DNA from: Octopus vulgaris | Lineage: Eukaryota | Assembly (NCBI GenBank): GCA_951406725.2 | Contig: OX597817.1 | Coordinates: forward strand, 44,764,001-44,828,000 | Length of the DNA: 64,000 nucleotides | Direction of reading: 5' to 3' | Shown: in pieces, positions 54,510 to 64,000 of the stretch | How the letters are laid out: each line of letters starts with the position of its first letter | How positions within the stretch are numbered: the stretch's first letter is position 1 | Notes under the pieces: model-generated | What the model was told of the DNA's origin: nothing | Databases searched by the model: none | The model's input: the letters and a program-made list of their open reading frames with translations, nothing else | Made by a program: the position numbers and the translations under genes

Positions 54510-54568
<59 letters not shown>

Positions 54569-54577
54569 TTATATATA
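54370..54577. repeat. (TA)n-rich microsatellite
   Basis: Direct reading. Confidence 0.9.
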
Positions 54578-54582
54578 CTCAT

Positions 54583-55001
54583 TTACTCTTTTACTTGTTT
54601 CAGTCATTTGATTGTGGCCATGCCGGAGCACCGCCCTTAGTCGAGCAAATCGACCCCAGGACTTATTCTTTGTAAGCCTAGTACTTATTCTATCGGTATC
54701 TTTTGTCGAACCACTAAATTGCGGGGACGTAAACACAACAGTATCTGTTGTCAAGCGATATTGGTGGGGGGACAAACACAGACACACAAACATATACACT
54801 CACACACACACACACATACATATATATATACATATATGCGACGGGCGTCTTTCAGTTTCCGTCTACCAAATCCACTCACAAGGCTTTGGTCGGCCCGAAG
54901 CTATAGTAGAAGACACTTACCCAAGGTGCCACGCAGTGGGAATGAACCCGGAACCATGTGATTGGTAAGCAAACTACTTACCACACGACGACTCCTGCGC
55001 C
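54583..55001 (-). mobile_element. SINE family B, full length
   Basis: Reverse complement of 52266-52670. Confidence 0.9.
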
Positions 55002-55061
55002 TATATATATATATATGGTAAATGAAAGACTAAAGATGGAATATGCGATAATGTATTATTA

Positions 55062-55165
55062 ATCACGACAAGTGTTTCGATATATCTAGCATTGACACTC
55101 AGGGTGGCATACTTAACAACTGGTTCAGGAGCATCCGTCGGTGCAGATGTGTCTCATCGGGTGAT
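55062..55165 (-). ncRNA. degenerate hammerhead motif with long helix II insert
   Basis: AUCAC-CCGAUGA-GACACAUCU...AGAUAUAUC-GAAAC-ACUU-GUC-GUGAU; U4>C substitution; near (TA)n. Confidence 0.5.
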
Positions 55166-57616
55166 AAATAGACACAGCTCGTTAAATAACAGTTCTGCAA
55201 TGTATCTTCTCATTTCCTAGAAAGAAAAGCAGCAAAACGATGGAAATATCTTCATTTACATAGAAGAGCAAAGATAAAAAATCACAGTTGCAAAAAACAA
55301 ACGAACATACAATACAGCAAATGTATTAGCTAGCTCTAGAAATCTTGAAGGTTAGTTATAACACGGTGTATTTTTGTCTAACTGTATTTCATTCTATTTT
55401 GGGAAAATGGATGTCAGGATGGTTATAACGTTCACTTTGCAATCATAATGTTCCTGGTTCTATCTCAGTATACCTTTCTATAAATAACAAAATCCTTATA
55501 TCGCAACAGCGGATCGGAAGTGGCATCGTGCGTGAAATTTGGTGTTTGGAATCTATATAGAATACTATGAGATGACCTGTAATTCTAACTCAAAGAACCA
55601 GTCTTATCTTAATGTCACACGTCTTCCGATAGGAGATAATGTTAAAGGTACAAGTGCCTGTCAAATACACAACCCACTTACATTATAATACGATAAGTAA
55701 ATTATTTCCATTTATCTGACAACTCCAACTTCTCCATTTCCAACTACTATTTGTCAGATATTCAGTGAATCTACTTAAGGCCGTTCATATTATACTCAAT
55801 ATGACGCAGAGGTATACCTGTTTACTAAATTCAATATCCCACCAATATAAGGGGTAGGGGATTACGTAATGGTCACTTCAAACTATCAGGGACAATGTGG
55901 ATTGTCTTAATGCTTGCTGTTATAAGGATTTACCCAAAATTGAAGTTATATATATTAAATTTTACACTGCAAACTTGACAGTGGAAACCATTACTTTTAA
56001 TTGATAATGTTCTTGGAGGGTTGATATTCTACATTACATTTCTTCACCTTGTAGAAAGTAGGTAACGGTATTCCCTGATATATCGTACTGTCGATGATAA
56101 AACTATTTTTATTCAGTTCAGGAGATCAGAGCCAGCGTTTTGGTTTTATCGTTCGTGGTAACGCAAAATTACAATTATACACTTGCTACCAAAAATACAT
56201 TCCATTTAAAAACTTTCTTTTTTTATTATTAGCAAAACCAGTTTTTCAGCAAAAGTAAATACTCAGACGTGATGTCATACTGAATGTTTAAACAAACTAA
56301 AACTGATTAACATTCGATGTGTTTTTCGGGTCAACATTTACAATGAAATGTTTAAACGCTAGTATAATTGACAGTAAACCCATCTCGTTTATTCGGTCTA
56401 ATACATTTTTCTGATTCTCTCTTTCGCCTTCGAGCTAAATTTTTTTGTGTTTTGTCTGTCTGTCACTCTTATTACTATATCACATATATCGAATAGGTAA
56501 ACTTGTCTATGTGAAAGCATTAAAAGCATTTGTGATGTTTTTCGATGTTCCACAACATGCATGGATAAGCATAATCCGAAGTAAAATAACGATGAATCAG
56601 TGATGTGGCAGGATTTATTGTGGCTGACAATATATTTGTCAGATTATTGATAATTCAATAGCTAGGCAATATATATGTTATTAACAATTACACTTAACTT
56701 TTTCTCATACCATTTGCCAACGAAGGTATTAATGTCTGGCCTCCAAGTTACTGAGCAGAAGTAACTCAAACGTGATACTAATATGATATATAATAATAAA
56801 TGTATTGTGTGACCAGCAATCTACAGATAGAAACAAGTGAAAATTTAAACATAGACTTTCTTTTTAGACAAAACGAGTTTTGTATATACTCATGCATTAT
56901 CATATCTATAAACCTGACATACAATAGGTGCAATTTACATTCGTCTCTGTGGTGCTGCCCTGGTTTCATAACTTATCACTTAGTCAATAAAACCGCTGTG
57001 TCCTCAGAGGTGTTTTATACAGTTTGACGCAATTTTGCCACGAACCCACATAGTAGATAGATAAACGCCTGGGGTCTCTTAACGTTTGGAAGATGATTCA
57101 TGAATTTGATACTGCGAAATTTGTAGTTTCCTCTTAAAATCACTTATACTTCTATATTAATTTTGAAGAGCCATATATTGATACCAATATTAATAAGTAC
57201 GTATGTATGCGTGTATAGTGTATGTAAGTTCGTCTTTGGACGAGCCTAAATATATAATGGCCGTCTCTAATATCAAACATCTTTGTTTTTCTCTGATGCA
57301 ACACATCCAGCATTGAGTTTCGCTTCCTATATATTTGGATGCGATAGGTTGGACATCGTACAGAGATGGGTAATGACTGGTTAGCTAAGTAATTGTTTTA
57401 TGGGCAGGTGCAACATGGGGAACTTCCAAGACGTAAACAGACGAGAAGATTTAAGGATCTTGTCAGAAATAATCTTTAGGGTCTTAGAGTGGGTCTTGGA
57501 ATCTGGAGGTAGATGACGGAAAATAGAACGGTTTAGAAAAAAATAAAGCATTATTGTAAAGGAAATACAACACAGGTAATCGAACTTCTTAAACAAGAAT
57601 TTACTTCAAAACCAAA

Positions 57617-57812
57617 CAGTTTCTAGGCTGAGCATATATTAACATCTGCTGAGCATATATTAACATATGTTAACAGTTTTCAGGCTGAGAATATATTGTC
57701 ATCTGCTGAGCATATAGTAACATATTAACAGTTTTCAGGCTGAGCATATATTGTCATCTGCTGAGCATATATTAACATATATGAACAGGTTTCAGGCTGA
57801 GCATATATTGAC
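57617..57812. repeat. ~55-bp minisatellite (about 3.3 units) built from paired GCTGAGCATATATT subunits
   Basis: Repeating AACAGTTTTCAGGCTGAGCATATATTGTCATCTGCTGAGCATATATTAACAT. Confidence 0.9.
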
Positions 57813-57999
57813 TAAGTCAGGCATGCTTTTCATATGAGATATCCTGACTGCATTTACCAACTGACGAAACAACCTTGTTCTGTAAAGAATTACAGCTACT
57901 ATGTATATATCCATCCATCCATCCATATATTTGAATTCAAAATTTTATTCGCGCTAAATGCGAGCTATGACTCATCAGTTTCACTGAAATTATGTATTA

Positions 58000-58320
58000 A
58001 CGACACACACGAACACACACACACATACACACGCACACACATACACACACACACACACGCACACTCACGCTCACATACACGCACATACACGCACACACAC
58101 ACACCACCCAGACAGACCTACGCAAAAACACACGCAAACGCACACCACCCAGACAGACCCACGCATACGCACACACGCGCATTCACACACACCCCAAACA
58201 GACGCACTCACACACACACACACTTACACACACGCACATACACTCACACACACACACGCACACTCATGCAGACACACACACACACCACGCAAACAGATGC
58301 ACTCACTCACTCACACACAT
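58000..58320. repeat. degenerate (CA)n-rich tract
   Basis: Direct reading; explains the His/Thr-rich ORF 57834-58352. Confidence 0.9.
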
Positions 58321-60734
58321 ATAACAAATATATTAATAGAATATATATATAAAATGAGCCAAATCATTTAAACGATTATCAGAGTTATCCCGCCTATCTT
58401 TCCACACAATATACCCATAATACATCTTTGATGTGTCCGTTCCACAGTGGAACGTAGGCGGTGTGCATATCTGATGAGCGAATCACATCTCAACGGTGCA
58501 ATTATGCAAAACTATTCATAGTCTTGATCTACTCCACTCTCCTATATCATTCTCTAACTTCCCACAGCTGTATATATACGTTATCCGTGTACACACAAGC
58601 CAAAGAAAAAAAAACCGAGTTCAGACACACATATTTTCACCCACATATATACGCAGACATAATTGCGCTTGCGAATATCTGTTTGTGTCCTCTGCTGATG
58701 TGATTATGTTCTGTTGTAAAACGCTGCTTCAAGCATAGATAACTTGTGAATTTTACCTTTACTAATGCGAAGCAAACAATTATGGGTTAAGTATATCATT
58801 TGTTAAACAGTAATTGATAAAATGTATACTAGATTAATTTACAGCAGTCGATATAATGTGACGAAAATCACTGACAGTGTTTCCCTATCTCGGCTTTAGT
58901 ACAATGACTGAAACCAGAATAACAATTAAAGTAAATATATATTCCCCTTGTGTACAAAACAATTACGTCTCCTACTTTTAACTAGAGTATATTATATGAG
59001 AGGATACCGTACTCCTGTTAAAAATTAATGGTATACACATTTATAAGAGTGAATTTTGGCTTTTATCATATTAACTACAAATCTCTGTGTTCGACATGTG
59101 TAATCTAAAATATAATTAGTTAACAAGAAATACTCTGACAGTTTTTTTTCGTAGATACGTATCGACGTGACGAGATTAACATGGCTATTCTAATCTGTAT
59201 ATGATGAAAACTGCGATGAAGCAATGTCGGCTAATAAAGCGTGTCTTGTTATATAAACTTTGTTTAATAAAATTTGTTGCGGAATAACATTACAGTTGAT
59301 GTAAAACTTAAATAATGTCTGTCGTTTCGGAAATGAATATATGAAATTTAGATCAAGTTGCTGAAAACTTTAGGTAGTAATTATTCTCAAACATCAATAA
59401 GGCAGAACGAATCGACGATTAATATTTGCTATTTAGCTAAACAACAAAACAAAAACAATTTGTTTCTAATTGGTAAATTTTAACTTAGAGCCATAATAGT
59501 CGGGTGTACGCAATTACGCAATTAACATGTCTAGTTGTTAATATATGCTTTTGTAATTATAAATCTCACTTCAGTCAGTATATTTGATTGTTTGATATTT
59601 TTGTAGCCTCGTATATGCTTACAGCTATATCCATTCCTAATATTTAGATAAAATCTAAGAATTACATAAAATATCAACAGCGTATATTTGAAAGAAAAAT
59701 TTACAAACAAAAACCATAAATAAATATCAGAAATTAGCAATCAGTAAACAAGCAATATTCATAGTTATCAGTAATATTAAATATATAATTATTTTATTGA
59801 TTGTTACTCTCCGGATTTTACGACAGAAATGTTGCCACTTATTTGAATATATAAACTTTCTTAAATCTCTCACGTATATTAGATGTCATGTGTTCGAGAG
59901 TTCATAAATAATTGCAAAGTGACGATTTATTGATTATCCTAAATCTGTTGGCTTAGCAGTTCCTTTGATGATGACGTCATCATTTCCCTTTGAACTGATG
60001 AATAATTATCATTAAGAGAATGTTATTTTTGATTTAGTTCAACATATTTTATCAATTATTTTGTATGATCCGGATCCAGAAATCTCATCAAATCGCAAAA
60101 TTAATTGCTCTGAGTCGAGCTATTATGCTGTAATCACCTTTATCATAATTACTAGAGAATATATATCAGAATTCTTTATCCGTAAGGTTTTCGACTAACG
60201 AGTTACTTTAACGAAATATACAGCTGTACACAGTGAGGATACCTATCGGTTGTCATATAAATACTGCTATCAGGCATTCGTATGATAGTCTTTGTTTCAA
60301 CTAAGAATTAAATCTAAATTATAGACTCTGGTTTGTCTGCAGAGTAACAAAGTTCGGAAAGTCTCGATGAACATTCTTCAATATTCCATAGTAGTATTCT
60401 CTTCTGATGCCAAATGTACAAACCAAGAGACAGGAATATTATTAGCTAGTTGACTGTTCCATGAGCTAAAGGTGAGAGAGCGTTAGTTAAAGCTCTGGAA
60501 ATAATTATATATGAATTGTGACTTCGTTGCAAAAAAATTATTTAAAAATTAATTTGGCTGAATTTACAAACCAGACACTTCTCATTAGCCCTATGCCATC
60601 GGATTAATCAGAGAATAAAATATAATTAAAACTAACTTAATATTGAAGTAGTTATTTTTTAGTAAGAAATAGAGGCAAATTTCGATTCGAGCGGGATTTC
60701 CAGACATATTATAAGAACGACGGCTTAATATCGT

Positions 60735-61376
60735 TTCTACTAGAGGCATGAGGTCTGACATTTCGGTGTAGGGACTAAACGTTTACATCAACCTCAGTAC
60801 TCCACTGGTACTCATTTCATCGCTCCTGAAGCGTTGAAAGCCAAAATCCGCCTCGGTAGAATTTGTACTCAGAACGCAAAGATGGACGAAATGCCGCTAA
60901 GTATTTTGCTTCGGGTACTCTGATTTCTTATTTCTTTACTACCCACAAGGGGCTAAACACAGAGGGGACAAACAAGGACAGACAAAGGGATTAAGTCAAT
61001 TATATCGACCCCAGTGCGTAACTGGTACTTATTTAATCGACCCCGAAAGGATGAAAGGCAAAGTCGACCTCGGCAGAATTTGAACTCAGAACGTAACGGC
61101 ACACGAAATACCTATTTCTATTTCTTTACTAACCACATTTCTTATTTCTTTACTACCCACAATGGGCTAAACATACAGAGGACAAACAAGGACAGACACA
61201 CGAATTAAGTCGATTATATCGACCCCAGTGCGTAACTGGTACTTATTTAATCGACCCCGAAAGGATGAAAGGCAAAGTCGACCTCGGCGGAATTTGAGCT
61301 CAGAACGTAACGGCATTTAGCCTGGCGTGCTAACATTTCTGCAAGCGTGCTAAAATTTTTGCCAGCTCACCGCCTT
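60735..61376 (-). mobile_element. SINE family A dimer plus older copy
   Basis: Repeated consensus units. Confidence 0.85.
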
Positions 61377-61856
61377 AATCGAAAGCCAGCACGGTTTTTT
61401 CTTTCTGCCAGTCTAGGCTTCTATAAGAACCACGCATATTCATTCTACTGAAAACAGCCATCATATTTGTAATTTTGCTTCCTGAGAGCGTCCGACATTT
61501 TAGCCGTTGAAAACCTGTTTTAAATATTGTAGAAATCGTAATTTTTTCCTATGGTAATTCATTTATTACTTTTCTTTGAATTCTATGAACTATATTATTC
61601 CTAATTAATTATTTCACATCACTTCTGTCTTGTAGTGTTCAGTAATCTTATAACACTTTCAGCTTACATACGTCCTCCAATCTGATATATTTCTCTCAAC
61701 ATACAATATTTTCTTAATTGAGATTTCTAGTCAGATTTGTTCGCTTTCACAACTGTAAGCGTCTACTCGTGCAGAACTGTACTAGCGCAAATGAGTTGAA
61801 TATTTCTCGCTCCCAAGTTAATTACACACACACACACACGTACGGACATACACATA

Positions 61857-61889
<33 letters not shown>

Positions 61890-62181
61890 GCAAGCAGACA
61901 CACAAACACGAATATATTTATTTTGTATATATTGATGTGCGCACCTACATATGTGTGTATGAGGTGTGTGTGTACAGCTGTATGTCTATGTAGGTGTATG
62001 TGTGTACGTATGCGTGTTTGAGTATGTGTGTCTGTAGGTTTTTCCGTTATATTGAAAATATTTGTATGTATGAGTTTGATCTTTTTTTTTTTAATAACGA
62101 GGCTAGACTTTTACAATTATTATTTAGGTTTAGTTGCGAGTAGCAGCATTTTAGAATCTACTGACGTTTCAAAACATTCTA

Positions 62182-62394
62182 TTGGGTTTTCCGGAAAGTT
62201 CGTGCCGATATATAGTAGCTTACCTTTTGACTTATTTTAGAACATAGTTGAGTCCATAAAATAGGATTTGACTACACCTCTATTTAGAGCACAGTTTAAG
62301 CTTTCTTTTCGCGGAAGAAGGTTTATGTTCCTATAACTTGTGTTAATTCTGTAACCCTTCAAATTAGAAGATAAGAAAGTTCATTTTCGGCACT
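62182..62394 (+). mobile_element. 5' end of the mariner family seen at 7788-8310
   Basis: TA-TTGGGTTTTCCGGAAAGTTCGTGCCGAT TIR and 5' UTR match the reverse complement of 8140-8310; remnant EDKKVHFRH. Confidence 0.85.
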
Positions 62395-62820
62395 AGAAGG
62401 ATAGAGCATCACATGTTTGCCTATGAAAAATAACAAGTCAGTCACAGCTGTTCAGCGTGAATTCAGATGCCATTTCAACATTTACCGAAATCAGGCTGTT
62501 CCCGTCCGCAACATAGTCTTACGTTGGGTGAATTCACTTCGTGCACGAGGTACACTAATGAACAGGAGCTCGGTGAGGGCGCCACGAACGGTACGGACTG
62601 GGGAAAATGTGGAATGCGTCAGCCAAGCTTTGATGCAAAGTCTGAATCGTAGTGCTTAGAGGCATTCCACTGAACTTAGCATCGGTAATCGATCTGTAAG
62701 GCGTATTTTGCATGAAAACCTGAATTTCCACACGTGGAACAGTTGAAACCATGGCACTATGCACCGGTTTAATTTCGCTCGTCAGATGGAAGCAATTTTT
62801 AAGTAAATGACAACCTAATT
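62395..62820 (+). mobile_element. Tc1/mariner-superfamily transposase N-terminal HTH fragment (DUF4817-like)
   Basis: SVTAVQREFRCHF...RNIVLRWV..LRARGTL...PRTVRTGENVECV...S*RHSTELSIGNRSVRRILHENLNFH. Confidence 0.75.
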
Positions 62821-62834
62821 TTGAAGACAGTAAT

Positions 62835-63600
62835 GGAAATTATTTACATTTTTTACATTTGACGGATATTTGTCCCCATCTTGTTTGTTGTTAACACAAC
62901 GTTTTTTTTTTTACATTTGACGGATATTTGTCCCCATCTTGTTTGTTGTTAACACAACGTTTCGGCTGATATACCCTCCAGCCTTCATCAGGTGTCTTGG
63001 GGAAATTTCGAACCTGAGTTCTCATTCCTAAGGTATTTTACGATGTTATTATTACTATTGTTGTTGTTGTTGGTTTTGTTGTTACTGTTGTTGTTGTTGT
63101 TGCTGTTGTTAGTAACCCGCGCTCTTAACCACTACACCATATACCTGTGGGCAATTACGGAATGAATTTTAGGGTTTATAACTCTAATATTTTCCTATCC
63201 TTCCTTAATACCAGTTCCCATATGCTACTCATATATGCACTCGGTCTGCTTAGGAGGCTATTATGTCCTAACATATACGTTGCTTCATTTAGTTATCGTA
63301 TTTTCCTGTGGTGTTCTCTATCTATTATTTTAACTTTATCCCACAGGGGAAGGTGGTCTCCATTTTTCCATACATGATTAGCTATACCCGATTTATCAAT
63401 GTCTCCTCGGATCACAGCTTTGCGATGTTCGTCTACCCTTATTTGGGTGGGGGGACATATTTCACCTTTGTATAACCTACCACAACTGCATGGGACGGAT
63501 TACACAAAGTTTTTGGTCGTATTCTCTTCTACTCTCGAAAGAGATATTTGCGAAGTGTTGTATTATTTTTGAATACTGTCCTGATGTCATATGGGCCGCA
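62835..63600 (-). mobile_element. Penelope/Poseidon-type PLE 3' portion (GIY-YIG endonuclease plus terminal repeat)
   Basis: Manual translation TKNFV*SVPCSCGRLYKGE...IRVDEHRKAV...SGIANHVW..GDHLPLWDKVKIIDREHHRKIR*LNEA. An opposite-strand fragment KNMTQNCVYSIP lies at ~63635-63680. Confidence 0.85.
62951..62996 (-). ncRNA. minimal type I hammerhead ribozyme, C3:G8, loop-less helix III
   Basis: GACAC-CUGAUGA-A-GGCUG-GAGGGUAUAU-CAGCC-GAAAC-GUU-GUGUU; palindromic AACGUU. Confidence 0.8.
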
Positions 63601-63920
63601 TATATTTTGTATCTTTTTTGAGTGGTCTTACACATACAAAAGAATATGACCCAAAACTGCGTGTACTCCATCCCAAACAGCTGGTTGCGGTGTAGCCCAC
63701 GGGGTACGAATGACTTGTCAGGTGACTTTTCAAGGGGTGTCTTATTAAATAAACCCTGTTTCGCTTGGTTTTCATACACCGTGTTTTTAGCTAACGTAGG
63801 ATTTAGTACTTGCGCAAGAATGTCGAGGGACAGATCCCGTTGCAATGTTACAAACGGTTGAATTTTTTTCCTATATATATACCTGTGTAGGTACGTATGT
63901 ATGTATGCATGGATGGATGG

Positions 63921-63958
<38 letters not shown>

Positions 63959-64000
63959 GTGTGTGTGTAGGCATAAATGAGATGACCTCTGTGTAATTTC

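Noticed and set aside
57617-57812. CRISPR-like array
   Set aside because: The spacers are themselves repeated, the context is eukaryotic and there are no cas genes
58464-58510. GCATAT-CTGATGA...TATGC hammerhead-like string
   Set aside because: Lacks the GAAA segment
63477-63974. 165-aa ORF
   Set aside because: Runs through a microsatellite and rearranged PLE fragments out of frame with the endonuclease; not a real protein

Overview
AT-rich animal (eukaryotic) genomic DNA, almost entirely repeat-derived; the SINE, LINE and microsatellite complement looks like a coleoid cephalopod such as Octopus (inferred from repeat recognition, not verified). No intact host gene is evident, and most ORFs in the supplied track are microsatellite or SINE artefacts. 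Identified content: four tRNA-derived SINE families; truncated CR1/L2-, RTE- and R4/Dong-type LINEs; mariner/Tc1 remnants; a non-autonomous Helitron; several Penelope-like elements (PLEs); a 100-N gap; and a possible decayed nucleotidyltransferase pseudogene. Main discovery: about ten minimal type-I hammerhead ribozyme (HHR) motifs in PLE termini and in short fold-back elements next to (TA)n. Together they show all four Watson-Crick versions of the core 3:8 tertiary pair (C:G, U:A, G:C, A:U). In one PLE the inverted terminal repeat ends within 1-3 nt of the predicted self-cleavage site.
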